This document shows positions 40,048 to 54,399 of a stretch of 64,000 nt of DNA, in pieces. Each line of letters begins with the position of its first letter. Position 1 is the stretch's first letter. The position numbers and the translations under genes were made by a program. The DNA lies in contig OX597831.1 of assembly GCA_951406725.2 (NCBI GenBank), positions 45,818,001-45,882,000 of the forward strand. The letters run 5' to 3'. The notes under the pieces were generated by a model that saw only the letters and a list, made by a program, of their open reading frames with translations, made no database searches and was not told the DNA's origin. This DNA comes from Octopus vulgaris (lineage: Eukaryota).

Positions 40048-41844
40048 TCATAGTCACACACATATTCCAAGCCGTATTGTCGTATTCCAACGCTGTCACA
40101 ATCAGGGGTTATTAAAGTTTATTAATAGTTATTCTTGCCGGTAAAACGCTGAACCCTTGACGCTGATTGATAAAGTCTACTTTAAATGTGTGCTTATTTT
40201 ATTATACGCCATTAAAAGATTTATAGATTTATGTATAAATATCGTTTATGAGTGAAAACAGAAAGCATGGATCAAATTGCACAATAGTTCGATCATATTG
40301 TGCAATGCAATATTGCGCAATAATATTTGTCTGTATATCTTTCATAGGTCAATGCTGCAAACTACGTCGCCATAATTGTACAGCATATATCCCTCTCTTT
40401 CTCTCTGCATCTATCTATCTATCTATCATCGCCGTTGTTATAATGCTTGGTCGGACCGAATTTATTGAAGTAGATATTCTATGGCCTGATGCCCTTCCTG
40501 TCACTAATCTTTACCTATTGCCAAGCAAGGCGATATTTCCCAATGGCCAAACATGTTTTTGCTAAAAATCGCGAACATGAATTTTTTTAGAAATATATAA
40601 AACACAAACTGGAAGTAGTACTACATGAAGAAGTCTGTGGAATGGCCATAATGCTAAAGATGTCAATGGTAAATATATTTACTTCCCATACATGCTGACA
40701 TGTTTATGGTTTATGTGTGAGTATGGGTGTGTGTTTGTGTTTGCATTTGTCCCCCACCCCACCCACTGCTTGACAAACTATGTTGGTTTGTTTACATTCC
40801 TGTAACTTAGCAGTTTGGCAGAATGAACTGATAGACTAAAATGCCAGACTTCAGCAAAAATAAGTTGTGAGGGCAATCTGTTTGACTAAACCGTTGAAAC
40901 CAATGCCCCAGCATGGCTGCAGTCCAATGACTGAAGCAAGCAAAAGATAAAAGATAAAATGATAACATCTTTACTCATTAATATGCATGACTATAAATCT
41001 ACAGATTTCTTATTCTTCTAAATTTATTTTTCAATTGGAATTGTGGGAAAAGAAGCCGGAGAAGGAAGCATACATTGTAGAGGTGAGAGAAAAGTTATAT
41101 AGGCGTAGGAGTGGCTGTGTGGTAAGTAGCTTGCTTACCAACCACATGATTCCGTGTTCAGTCCTACTGCGTGGCACCTTGGACAAGTGTCTTCTACTAT
41201 AGCCTCGGGCCAACCAAAGCCTTGTGAGTGGATTTGGTAGACGGAAACTGAAAGGAGCCCGTCATATATGTGTATATGTTTATCCCCCCAACATCGCTTG
41301 ACAACCGATGTTGGTGTGTTAACGTCCCCGTAACTCAGCGGTTCAGCAAAAGAGACCAATAGAATAAGTACTAGGCTTACAAAGAATAAGTTCTGGGGGT
41401 CAGTTTGCTCGACTAAAGGTTGTGCTCTAGCATGGCCACAGTCAAATGACTGAAACAAGTAAAAGAGTATTGTAGGGTTTGTCTAAAGCACTGAACAACA
41501 TGGCACTGGCCCTGCACCCAAGCACCAATCTGTCACAGATCAAAATACACATTAAAATCCCTCGTCCCCCACTGCCTCCAACATCTCATACGACTTAAGA
41601 AAGTTATAGGACTTATTCTTACATTTCAATCAATTGTATATATTTATCTCAGTTAATAACATATCTTTGAGCCAAATGAGCCATATCACTTTGATTAAAC
41701 CATATTATCTATGAACTAATGAGAACAGCCTCTATGTAGTTATTCAACCTGCTTGAAGTAGCAGCCAAATATCTCTCAAATCATACTCTTCCATCTTAAT
41801 TACCAAAAAAGAGGCACATTTGATCCGGTAATCCTAGATTACAT

Positions 41845-42095
41845 GGAGGCGCGTGGCTTAGTGGTTAGGGTGTTAGCACCATGATCATAAGATTGTGGTT
41901 TCGAATCCTGGACCAGGCGATGCATTGCGTTCTTGAGCAAAACACTTCATTTCACGTTGCTCCAGTCCACTCAGCTGGCAAAAATGAGTAACACTGCGAA
42001 GGACTGGCGTCCCATCCAGCTGGGGAACACATAGGCCATAGAATCCGAGAAACCGGGCCCATGAGCCTGCCTTGGCTTAAAAAAGGGCGCATTTA
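41845..42095 (+). mobile_element. tRNA-derived SINE with V-domain-like core
   Basis: TGGCTTAGTGG and TTCGAATCC boxes; CTGCGAAGGACTGGCGTCCCATCCAG core; copies near 35515(-), 26950, 29190. Confidence 0.78.
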
Positions 42096-42266
42096 TTTTT
42101 TTTATTTTAATCCTAGATTACACCATATCTGGAAATTGTTGAAATGGTCACAGCTGGAACATCTTTAATCATGTGTTTGCTAGACCAGAGATGACATAGG
42201 ACCAAACAACAAGGCACCAACAAGGAATAACCTATTTAGTAAATAAATACACATATTTATTAAGTA

Positions 42267-42931
42267 CAGTAATCCCTCGCCATATTGCGGCTCACCTATT
42301 GCGGTTTATTATTTAAAGCTTATGTTGATTCCTTGATGGTGTTATTTTGCATTTATAATAAAACTAGCTGTATAGCTTGGCGTTGCTCGGGTTTGTTTTT
42401 TAGTTGCGCTTAAAACAGCAGACTTTGATGTTGCATTAACAAAGTTTTGATATAGTTTCAATCTCTTTTGAAAAGTAAAAATTTTGCATTATGTAGCTTG
42501 TTATTCTCTTTAAGTGAACATTTTTCTGTTCACCGAAAAATGGTGACACAGCAGTCAAAAAAATCATTAAAAAATAGGGATTTTCATAGAAAAAAAGCAC
42601 CTTTTTGATATAAATAATTTTTGGTCTTAACATGGTCTGATTTGAATTTTTTCTTCTACAGAAGGAAGAGCAACCCTTCTTCTATCATACTCTCAATTTT
42701 GGTCAACTTGCGTTGCAGGGTCTCGGAGGAGATAGTGTTAGTTGAAGGCTACAAAATCTGCCACACATACACACACACACAACTTCAGTTTTCTATGTAT
42801 AGATAAATATATACAAATTATAAAATTAATTTTAAAAATATATACAGTAGAGAAGTGTTTCTACTTCATAGATTTTCACCTATCATGTGGGGTTTTGGAA
42901 CGTAACACCCGTGATAGTCGAGGGGTTACTG
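42267..42931. mobile_element. Tigger/pogo-type MITE with nested Helitron-like element (42364-42803, -)
   Basis: TA|CAGTAATCCCTCG...CGAGGGGTTACTG|TA; inner element is the reverse complement of the 11939-12329 family. Confidence 0.8.
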
Positions 42932-43023
42932 TACACGTATTTAGTAAAGAAATAAATAATTAAAATAATGTTTATTTATGCAAAAACATTTTTTTTCAAA
43001 ATATTCTTTAAAATGGTATGTTA

Positions 43024-43435
43024 GTAGGAGTGGCTGTGTGGTAAGTAGCTTGCTAACCAACCACATGGTTCCGGGTTCAATCCCACTGCATGGCACCTTG
43101 GGCAAGTGTCTTCTGCTATAGCCCCGGGCCGACCAATGCCTTGTGAGTGGATTTGGTAGACGGAAACTGAAAGAAGCCCGTCGTATATATGTATATATAT
43201 ATGTGTGTGCGTGTATGTTTGTGTGTCTGCGTTTGTCCCCCTAGCATTGCTTGACAACCGATGCTGGTGTGTTTACGTCCCCATCACTTAGTGGTTCAGC
43301 AAAAGAGACCGATAGAATAAGTACTGGGCTTACAAAGAATAAGTCCCGGGGTCGATTCGCTCGACTAAAAGGCGGTGCTCCAGCATGGCCACAGTCAAAT
43401 GACTGAAACAAGTAAAAGAGTAAAAGAGTAAAGAG
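43024..43435 (+). mobile_element. CORE-like SINE copy
   Basis: Near-identical to 23179-23590. Confidence 0.88.
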
Positions 43436-45779
43436 TATGGGACTGTCGCATGGCAGATTGTGAAGAGATGGTGGAAGAGCTCAACTGAACCAACAGTACT
43501 TCTTAATTTGATGGTGAGTGGAGGAATCCAAGAAGATCAGCAGTCAGGATCATTCAAAGGGTTGGCATCCATGGTTGTGTAATCAGCTAATGAAGGATTC
43601 CCTATAACTCAAGTTCTCAATTCAGATCCATTGGATGGTGATAGAGTCATGGGAATTCGCATAAAGCAGTGAAAGTAAAATATATGTAACTTCTGCTTTA
43701 AAAATACAATGGAAAAATAAAATGATGCTTTTTTTTCTTTTCTTTTTTTTTTTGTTACTAAATTTGTCAAAAGTGATTTGACTGACTTTGAATGCAAACT
43801 GCTCAGTTTTATGCTTTGAAAGAAAATTAAAACTACCAAAATAAACAAAAGAAAACTCTTAATTAGATGTGGTTATCAATGAAATATATGACATACAATT
43901 TTGGAATAAAGAAACTTTAGCTGTTCAAATATATATTTCTTGTGGTTTAGATATTTTTTAATAATAATGAGCAGAAAACTTGGTATGGTAATCACCACAA
44001 GTTCTTTGGATTTTCTTAGACTAGATGATACAAATGAAATTAGCATGATTCCAGTTTGAACTGTTATGGGTTAGTGCATATTACTGAAAGATTCCTGACT
44101 GATATAGAGGGAGGTAAGATTGAGTTAGTGTTAAGCACAAGCTGAGTAAATTTGGCTTGACACAAGCACACTATTTCCATGACAAATGGACAGTTATATA
44201 TGTGAAAACAGAGGCTACATTCTGCAGATGAGCCTTTAAAGAACAAGGAAATATGCTTACAATTGTCTCTCTCTTTTCTAGGAAAAAAAATCATTAGTCA
44301 TCAACTAATATCATGTTTCTTTTACTGCATATGTAAATATACTTTAACTCCTTAATGTTCCATTATGTTAACATATTGAATTATTAGCAAAAGAAATCAT
44401 CTTTGGTCATATTTTATTAATAACACTGAACTAAGTTGGCAAGCTGGCAGAATCTTTAACAAATCAAACAAATGCTTAGTAGCATTTCTTCTAGCTCTTT
44501 ACATTCTGGTTTCAAATTCTGCTGAAATCAACTTTGCCTTTCTTCCTTTCAGGGTCAATAGAATAACTACCTGTTGAACATTGGGGGGTTGATGTAACTG
44601 ACTTACCCCAAACCCTCTAAAATTGCTAACACTGTGCCAAAATTTGAAACCATTACAAACATCCTCCATCCTCCAAACTCTTTTCACTCTCTCACCATCA
44701 TACCTACCCCACCTTTTCAATCCTTTGTCCTTATTCTCTCTTATATGCACCTTCTTGTACTTTGAGAGTACACCCTGACCACCTTTTCTTACCTTCTAAC
44801 TGGGGTAGCCATGTATCTTCTTTACATCAAGACACCTGTTTCAGTTTCCCTTTCATAGTTTAGTCTCTCAATACCTGACACAAATCCACCTTCATTATTG
44901 CAAATATTATGCCCTCTTTCAGACAAGGGGTCTTGTCAGGTGAGTTATTTGATAACTTTCCCAGTGTTGGTGCCTCAAAAAAAATACCCAGTACACTCAG
45001 TAAAGTGATTGTTGTTGGAAAGGGCATCCAGTCCTTGAAACCATGCCAAGGCAGAGGTTGGACAAAACAAAATGGAAATGCCTTGTTAAATATAATCTTT
45101 ATTATTTAATATGAAGTTGGTCCTTCTTTGGCATCAATCACAGTTTTAATACATCAAATATTGACTCGTATAGATTCTGAATTGTTGTTAAGGGAATTTT
45201 CCAAGCAAAACATGCTTCAGCTCTTTCAGTAAAGATGGCAGAGGGAAGTGGCTTTTCACTTGCTTCTCCAAAATGGACAATAAATGTTCAATTATACTGA
45301 AGTCTGGTGATAGTTGGGGAGGTAATCCAAATGGTCTGCTTCACTTTGTTTTCTTTGTACCAAATTTGAATAACATTAGCCATGGGAATCAGTGGCATTA
45401 GACATTGTAACAAAATTTTTATTTTTTTATTTTTTTGTCTTTGGTCAGTAAGTGTTATTTCCTATTTGCTTCTATCTAGGAATCAAAGTAAATGACTACT
45501 ATTCCCTTCAACCTTTGCTTTTCTGACCTGGGCATCAATGTTTTGAAACTGACCTATTTTCCATTACATTTCAGACAGATTCAGAGCTGAGTTGCTGAAG
45601 CAGAAATATCGTTTTAGCAAATATTCTGTTCAATACCACAGAGTAGTTTGTCAGTTGTTTGACCTTAACCACTTGAGCAAGTCCCTTAGTGGCTGACAAT
45701 ACATGCATCTTTGATCATGAGCAGGAGTAGTTGGAAAGCATCATAGCCATATATTGAGAGGGATTCTTTGGAGTTTGAC

Positions 45780-46560
45780 TAAATGTAACAAAAGAAAAGT
45801 TTGAAGGAAATATTAGCCATTTTTTATGCTTTCTAGAGGTAAGCAAATAGGAAATAAAAGTTACTACCCAAAGACAAAACCGTGTTTCGCAGTGTTATTG
45901 ATCTGGAAGATTACACAATCATCAGGGAGCAATATTTTCACCGTAGATGAACACAATCATCCAAAATACTCAAACAATCCTTACTGTTAACTCTGCTATG
46001 TAAAACAACTAAAGGGCCAAGAGAATTCCATGATATAGCTGTCCTAATCATCATGGAACCACATCCATGTTTCATCAGAAGGGTGAAATCCTCAAGGTTG
46101 AAAGCTTCTTTGAACTGTCTTAAACATAAACTTGCCTTGAACTAAGAAAAAATGTGAAAAGATGACATTGTTCCACTGAGCCATTAATCACTTCTGTTCA
46201 TCAAGATACCATTTTTTTAATCAGTTTATCGATGTTGATGGGGTACAGGTGAAGCATAGCAATTGAAACCATCCCTAAGTATTTAGCTTTATGGAGCTCA
46301 CAAAGAATTGTTTTAGTTAACACAGGGTGGGCAATATGATGGTTTAGATCTATCACTTTTGCTGCTGTAGTTTAATGGTTTTTGAGCTGGTCTTACCTTG
46401 GTTTGGAATGGCAGCATGATTTTAGAGACTGTATGACTCAAAACATTGAATAATTCAGCCATTTCACTGACTGAAGCTCCATCTGTCTGCACTCCAACAG
46501 TTTGTTCTCTTTGGAGGTCAGATAGGTCACATATTTTAACATATTTAAACATAAATATCT
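45780..46560 (-). mobile_element. Decayed Tc1-like transposase
   Basis: N-terminal HTH-like DLSDLQREQTVG...GASVSEMAELFNVLSHTVSKIM followed by frameshifted sequence. Confidence 0.55.
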
Positions 46561-46921
46561 ACAAAAGAAATAATAATGACTAGCAGGACCCATGAATATT
46601 TAACCCTTTTGTTACCATATCTCTGCTGAGATGCTTAGTTATCATTAAGCTAGTGTTAAGGAACATAAATTGTGACTAAGGTTTGGTGGAAGATTATAAT
46701 TCAGAATTTTTGTAAATAAGACATTTGTACTACAGATCTAGAGGTGGTTTCAAGTGAGTCGGTATCAAAAAGATTAACACAATTAATGATAAACTTATTG
46801 GGTTATTTCTGAAAACTTTATCCAAAAACCTGAAAGTGTAGCATGCGTTATGTCTTTATCAAAAGATAGTCGCTCATCTGCTAATCGCTGAAAAGTGAAG
46901 GAAATTGGAATACAATGATTA

Positions 46922-47443
46922 CCGTAAATCCTCATGTATAATCCGCATTTTTTTCCCAAAATTTAAAGGTCAAAATCCCTAGTGCATACTAGATACGAGG
47001 TTAAAAAGGAAAAATATTCTCTAAGCAATGTCCGAGTCTCTATTTGCTGTCCAGCAATGTTTATTCAGACGCATTTTGTGATGTCGGGCACGAAAATACC
47101 TTAAGCTAAGCCTGAAAGCAATGAAGTCATAAAAGAATCATCCATAACTTGCAGTAAGCAACATTTATTAAAATAAAAGTATTCAGAACACTGAATAACA
47201 TGTAATAAAAACAATTTGCAAACATATTTACATTCCCATATAACAATTAAGAACATCACCATTATTGTATTATGCATGCATGGAAGTGTTTGTTCGACTA
47301 GGTGCTGCTGGCTTAATTGCACACGACTCAAGTTAGAGAAGGAGTGCGTATTATACACAAGGTTTAGGTTTTTCAGAGGTACAGTCCACTAAAAATCCCC
47401 TGCATATTATACTCAAGGGTGGACTATACTCGAGGATTTACGG
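46922..47443. mobile_element. Tc1/mariner-pogo superfamily MITE
   Basis: TA|CCGTAAATCCTC...GAGGATTTACGG|TA. Confidence 0.8.
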
Positions 47444-47888
47444 TACTTAATACACTTTATATACTTTATACACAATTTTATAGACTTAATACACAGCACT
47501 CTCCCTCTTTCTCTCTCACTCTTTGCCTTACCATATTTTTCTCTCTTCTTTTTCTTAGGCTCATCACCTTTCCTTTCCTTTCAACTAATCACATGAAAGT
47601 GTTACAGTCGGGCTAAGTAATGGAGAAAAACTTAGTACAAAACAAAAAAATTACACATTTCGCACATCACAACCACACCCACACCTCACCTCCCCCACGT
47701 CTATTCCCCCTCCCCTCCCCTCTTCAACTAATCACATGAAAGCGTTATGGATGGGCCAAGTAATGGAGTGACAAGCAGGATTACAATAAGATAATAGCAA
47801 CAGAGGGCTATATTATGAAATACAAGGGATACATAATGCATGTGGAAACATATACAGATCAGAAGAATTTTGAATTTGTCACATTGTG

Positions 47889-48295
47889 GGTGTAGGAGTG
47901 GCTGTGTGGTAAGTAGCTTGCTTACCAGCCACATGGTTCCGGGTTCAGTCCCACTGCGTGGCACCTTGGCAAGTGTCTTCTACTATAGCCTCGGGCCGAC
48001 CAAAGCCGTGTGAGTGAATTTGGTAGACGGAAACTGAAAGAAGCCCGTCGTATATATGTGTATATATATGTGTGTGTATATGTTTGTGTGTCTGTGTTTG
48101 TCCCCCCCAACATCACTTGACAACTGATGCTGGTGTGTTTACGTCCCCGTAACTTAGCGGTTCGGCAAAAGAGACCGATAGAATAAGTACTAGGCTTACA
48201 AAGAATAAGTCCTGGGGTCGATTTGCTCGACTAAAAAGGTGGTGCTCCAGCATGGCAACAGTCAAATGACTGAAACAAGTAAAAGAGTAAAAGAG
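47889..48295 (+). mobile_element. CORE-like SINE copy
   Basis: Near-identical to 23179-23590. Confidence 0.88.
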
Positions 48296-50028
48296 AAAGA
48301 GAGTTGTCAATAGAAGAAATAGTTAGATGTTAGATAAAGTGATGGTTTAATTATTTTGTGCAACCCCTGTAATTTTTATGTCATCATCATCATCATCATC
48401 ATCATTTTAACATCTACTTTTCCATTCAAATACAGGGTGGACGAAATTTATTACTGAGGTAGATTGTCTATAGCATGATGCCTTTCCAGTTGCCAACCCT
48501 CGACTTTTTCAAAGCAAATACTATTTTGTCACGGCCAGATATGTTTTCATAGAATATTGAAAATGAACAACATTGCCTGTATGACAGTGACATTCATTTA
48601 CAGCTATCACATGTTGTTAAAACAAGTAGACAAACATATACATAATCACACACAGACATAAACATATGCATACATACATACATACATACATACACACATA
48701 CATACATACTTGTATGACAGGTTTCTTTCAATTTCCATCTTCCAAATTCACTCACAAGGTTTTGATTGGGCAAGGGCTACAACAAAAGACACCTGCCCAA
48801 GGTACCACACAGTCATGTCTGCACCTATTACATATGTTTATGTATGTGAGTGTGCGTCATTATTCAGTTTAACGATTTCTTGCCTATAGAAAAAGAACCA
48901 GTTTCTAACCTAGATCCAAGGCTTCTTCATTGGAATTTCAACATCAAGAACAGGTTATTTTTGTTTGTTTGTTTGTTTGTATGTATGTATGTGCAGATTT
49001 GTATGTCTTATGTATGTATGCATGTCTTATGTATGCATGTCAGCATTCCATTACAATTTCATCACATGATGCTGCCTGTCTCATTATTTTATATGTGCCA
49101 TAGACAATGGTCTCTGAAACCAATGAGTGTGGGTCACTCCCTGTTAATTTGAGATCCACCATAAGTATGATAAGTATTTACTATATTGACCTTCCCTCTC
49201 TCCCTTTCTCCCCTTCCTTCTATGCTGCTATCTGTCACATTCTTTTGCCTTCCCTCTCTGTGTTTCTCTCCACCACCCTCTTCCATTTTCTCCCTTCTAC
49301 TACTGACATGTGACCTGTGGTCAGTGTTATCTCTTTCTTTTCAAGACTGGCTGGCTTACCAAGCAGTCACATTTACTTGTCTCCTGCTCTATTCACCTTT
49401 TGATGTCTCTCAATTAAATCCTTCAGGATATTCTCCCAGCATTGACTACTTTTATCTCCTGTCTGGCTTGTATGCCCACAGACCTGATTGTTTTCTTCTC
49501 TGTTCCTCATACATGCCAACGGCATGTAAAAGCACCCATTACACTCTCAGAGTGTAGGAAGGGCATCCAGCCATAGAAACCATGCCAAATCAGACTAGAG
49601 TCTGGTGCAGCCCCTCAGCTTACCAGTCCTGGTCAAACCATCCAACCCATGCCAGCATGGACAATAGATATTAAAAGACTACTATTTCCTTTTACTACAA
49701 AAAGGTTCATTTCCTTTATCAATGGAAATGAATTGATAAAAGAAATGAACCTTACATTTCCTTGATAAAGGAAATGAACCTTACGATTCTAATCCAGAAA
49801 CGTACGTCCATAATTAACCGAAGACTGTCTGATTTCATTGTTTTTCTTCTTTTTTTGCCATATGTGAATTACAAATATTGTTGTCTGTGGAGACATATTT
49901 TTGTAGTAAAAGGAAATAGTAGTCTCTTGGCTGCTATTTCTAAAATTTTCGGTATGTGGTTTAAGCAACTTGTTGCAAAAAAAACTCTTATTATTATAAA
50001 TATATATATATATATAACCTTACTTATA

Positions 50029-50070
<42 letters not shown>

Positions 50071-50079
50071 TTATTAAGG

Positions 50080-50104
<25 letters not shown>

Positions 50105-50124
<20 letters not shown>

Positions 50125-50636
50125 TCTAGTTGTGTGAGTGTCTGTCCCCTTCGATTTAGATTCCTAACTCCTCCCACATTTTGCGGTGCAGTTTAACCAA
50201 ATTCGGGTATCTTATAGTCGTGATTAATATCGAGCCCGTCTGGCTATTAGCGCGCGTCTACGATGAGTCTACGATGAGTCTGCGATTTTTAAAATAATTT
50301 AACATCATTTTTTATTCCATTTTAATGCATAATTTTTCGTGTGTCGATGGCGGCGGAGTTGGCGTCCACGCTCAAACACCTGCACCTCTGTTTGCTTCTC
50401 CCCCTTCTTCCCTCCCTCGTGAAGCTGTGGGGAAGGGAGTGTAAGGAAATCAACATCGTAAAGCGTTGTCAAGGAGACTAGCGTTCTTTTAGAACAACGA
50501 CTTCATGGCTTGAAGACACCAAAACAGAAATTGCTAAGAAAGCCCGAATTGGCATCTATAAGGGAAGTAAGTCTCTAAAAATGCTTATATAGTTATTTTC
50601 CTTACAAACCCGAGCAACGCCGGGCGATACTGCTAG
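50105..50636 (+). mobile_element. Non-autonomous Helitron-like element
   Basis: Shares 5' body with the 13778 copy; ends CGCCGGGCGATACTGCTAG|T; 5' end lost in (TA)n. Confidence 0.78.
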
Positions 50637-51195
50637 TATATATATATAACCTTAATAACCTTACTTTCTAATACCAATAAAACCAAATGAAAATAGATTT
50701 TTCTCTATGTATATATATTTCATACATACACATACGTCTACGTATGTGTATGTATATATGTTTGTATACCCAGCACACACACACACACATGCTTACACAT
50801 GTTATACTCATTAATGCAAAGGCTCATGTAATAAAAGAAAAGTTGCTGTGTAGCCAAATTAATCACTTAGCAGGTAAATGAAATATAAGGTTTCTAGTCT
50901 CACTTCCCTTATTGGTTTTACTTTAGTTTATTTTTTTCTCCTTCCTCTCTTCGACTTTATGCTCACCATATATTTTTGTTTGACTCTTGCACTTAGAAGC
51001 ATGTATGAACAACTTTCTAGAAAAGAAACAAGCACATTTTTTTTCATCTTATTTACATTGATTCAATCGAAAAGTAGTACAAGTATTTTCACTTGATCAA
51101 AATATAAAGGGAGATAAGTAGTGCCTAGTTGAATAATTCGTGATTGGCCACCCATCGTTTTGCTCATACATACATCATTTGTCAGTCTATACCAG

Positions 51196-51391
51196 CGAGC
51201 TGGCAGACACGTTAGCACGCCGGGCGAAATGCTTAGCGGTATTTCGTCTGCTGTTACGTTCTGAGTTCAAATTCCGCCCAGGTCCACTTTGCCTTTCATC
51301 CTTTCGGGGTCGATAAATTAAGTACCAGTTACGCACTGGGGTCAATGTAATCAACTTAATCCCTTTGTCTGTCCTTGTTTGTCCCCTCTGT
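51196..51391 (+). mobile_element. SINE, same family as 817-1205
   Basis: Near-identical head and core. Confidence 0.85.
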
Positions 51392-51649
51392 GATTTTCCC
51401 CCCTATACTTTTAGTTATATTTTTGGCTCAGGTGAACAGAATATAAATGTACCGCAAGTGAAAAAAAGTTGCTGAGCACTGGTCTATACCATGCTATAAA
51501 CTTTCAAAATGTAAACTTATTTAAGGGTGAGTGTAATTTTCCCCAATCATAGAATCATTGTATTTTTAACCTTACCAGTTGTGTTGTATTCCCAAAGAGA
51601 ATACAACTGACAGTATGTCTCAAAGACAAGATGAGTAAAATACTTTGCA

Positions 51650-53050
51650 CAAGGAGAGACAAAAGCCCATAAGCCTAATATTTTTTTTATCCCCTAGTTT
51701 AGCAATCTTCTATTCAGGTAAGTGTTTGTTCAGTGCTACATCGCTGATGTTCCTGAGTATTATCATTAACAAAAAAAGGGGACCCATCCATTTGAGGAGA
51801 AGCTGAGAGTCATTCAAGAACTTCCAGCACACATTTTACTGCTTAAGTTAAGAGAATTTCTCAGTTACAAAAATCTTCTTTAGCTGTTTCATCCCCAGCC
51901 ATGCTGAAGCTTTACGACAGCTCACCAACATTCTCAAGAATAGAAAGAAGAAAAATCAACCAGTCACTTTCAAATGCATGCAAACTTGTTTATTTTAGGA
52001 AAACAAAAGAGGGGTTTGCTTCTGGTTCATTACTGAGCAGACACACCACTATACTTATTAACAGATGCATTGAATGTTAACATTTTACACCAGATGGTGA
52101 ATAAAGCCTAGCATCCACTCACCTATTCCCCTCCCCCCAAGAGTTTGTAACAAACAGAAGCAAGATATAGCACTGTCAGAAGGAAATTTATTGACAATCT
52201 CTGCTTAAGTTACTTCCATCACCTGTTAGAGGATTATATTTTTGTCATCTGCATAGACTTTGGTCCAGGTGTGATTGCCATTCAACAAGAGGGATTGATA
52301 ACATCCTTTATATTTCCCCACTTACAACTGTCATCAGACATACAAATGCTCTACACACCCCATTGTCCATCAGTTCAAATAAAATCACAGAATCACGAAG
52401 TTTTCTTTTGACAGCAAATTCTTCACCTTCTTTAACAGTCAAGCAGGTGCCACTTTCTTCATCAACTAGATATGTTTGGTTTGGTTTGGTATTGCCAATG
52501 CTTATGAAACACCTTTTTGTGTCCCAGAGGATTTCAATGGATTCAGAAGGGAGATTTTCAATGGATTCCACTGTTTGTGACACTCAGATAACAATTCAAC
52601 ACAAAAGATATCACCATGCTTCCTGAGGCCATGGTATCAACAAAGATACTCGTAACTGGGCCAGAAACTGCATCACCATTGTCCACCTTTACTTCATGTT
52701 GATATTTTGGGACCACTTTCACCTTCACATGGACTTAATTATCTGCTCACACGTCTCAACAAGTAAACCAGATGGCTTTATATTAGTCCACTCACCTACA
52801 TTCCAATTGAGACAGCTGTCACAGTTGTGTACATTACGAAGTTTCTAGATACAGCATACAATCTAACGTTACAACTTATAGGTTACAGCAGTTCAAGTTC
52901 AAGTCCAGCTTATTTGTGCAACTGACATAATTGCTACATACAATGGAACTTCTACTACTCTTACCATCCAGCTAGCAGCATGGTGAAACATTTTCTTTAT
53001 CAACTGAAGTCAGCATTGAAAGGTCATGTAGATATCAGTGGGTAGCATGA
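51650..53050 (+). mobile_element. Highly decayed Gypsy-type pol (RT/RNase H/integrase relic)
   Basis: Fragments such as KCLFSATSL, ITDAL, YISPLTTVIRH (cf. FISQFTTDIRH) and HGINKDTRNWARNC. Confidence 0.65.
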
Positions 53051-53699
53051 ATACCTTTCTCTTCTGTTACTGCACATAAACATCACAAAGAAAGCTGGAA
53101 AGGAAGCAACACTGGCTCTACTTCTCACATTACTGGAACAGAAGGTTGGTGCTGTCTTAAGGCCTCGTGGGTCTTGGGACCTAATTCTGATCTGTATATG
53201 CTGTGACGTGCTGTCAATAGATAGATATTATTGGGCCCAGTGCATTGATTTGCCAGGGGTGGGGGCGGGTAAAACAGCCTCATAGACATTACATCTTCTT
53301 CACTGTTAGCTCTCATTAATTTCACAAACTACCAATTATGTGATCACACATGACTGAAATGTTGATAGCAACTGAGCATGATATATATTCTATGAGATCT
53401 TCCAAGCAAGTATGTTTATTTGTGATGATCAATATAGTTTGTCACAGCTGTATTGGTTTAGCAACTATTTGAAAATGTAAATAAAATAGTTGTAAAGGGC
53501 TACTTTGCAGTTTTGTTTGTCATGGAACAAATGTATAATTCTCTCTCTCTCTCATCCATACATATATAAATTTATGTAAGTATATACACATGCCAATGCA
53601 TTTTCTTTATTGCCTTCCCTCCTGACTACAAATTTAAAAAAAGTAGGAGAATTTTGAGCAAGCATTCCTTACCCATCTGAATTACATGAAAAAAAACCA

Positions 53700-54300
53700 T
53701 CAAAGCTGAAACTGGATTAGAATAGCTTCAATATCTGAGATACTACATTTCTTCAAAAGACCAACATCAGGGACTCAGGGAAGATGTCTAATTGTTCCAT
53801 ATGGGACCTATAAGAGTCCAAGTCTCAGATCCCTAGAGCAAGATAGTAGGGACTACAACTTGATATGCATCAATTTTTGTCTTCAAAGTTAGGGCTCTCT
53901 TGCAGTAACAGAGTGGGGAGTGATGTGACCAGTTTGCCCTAGGCAGTGCTTTTATGGGTGTGGCAGTTTTGGCTTTTTGGTTCTGATGTATATGACTGTC
54001 AAGTGACAAGGAAGACAGCAAACTGAAGAGCTACCATGAATACCACACACTCTGGATATGCCACTACTCTCTTGCTCCAGTCATGGTGCTGTAATTTACT
54101 AAAGGAAGCAGTTGCTTTTGACAATCTCTTATCGATCTTATCATTCGAGGTAGCAGTTGCTTTAATTCTAATACCCAAACAGAGAAAAGAGCTTATGTAT
54201 TTTAAATCATGGTTATCCACATTTAAGTGATTTTCAGAATGATTAAGCACAAGCTAGATGAGTTTTACTCCCTTCTTTAGAGTTTGCACTAGTGAATAAC
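53700..54300 (-). mobile_element. RTE LINE RT fragment
   Basis: KIDKRLSKATASFSKL and LKTKIDAYQVVVPTILL. Confidence 0.7.
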
Positions 54301-54399
54301 TTCTCTTTTCTTTAAGCTTATGAAAAAAACCAACAAAATGTTCTGCAAGAAGTAAATCACATCAATCTTCCTTCTACTTAACCTAAAGCCACATCAAAT

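Noticed and set aside
41845-41920. tRNA-like sequences at SINE heads (also 6470-6540 and 23180-23250)
   Set aside because: No complete cloverleaf; each continues into a multicopy SINE body.
43436-43620. Unique-looking purine-rich segment as a possible exon
   Set aside because: Stops in all frames; resembles a decayed RTE LINE C-terminus.
51698-51718. Possible microexon (CCCCTAG...CAG|GTAAGT)
   Set aside because: It falls inside the Gypsy relic and has no partner exons.
52308-52583. 91-aa minus-strand ORF with a GTAAGT donor-like site, resembling an exon
   Set aside because: It is antisense to decayed Gypsy pol sequence on the + strand (YISPLTTVIRH, SSPSLTVKQVPL).
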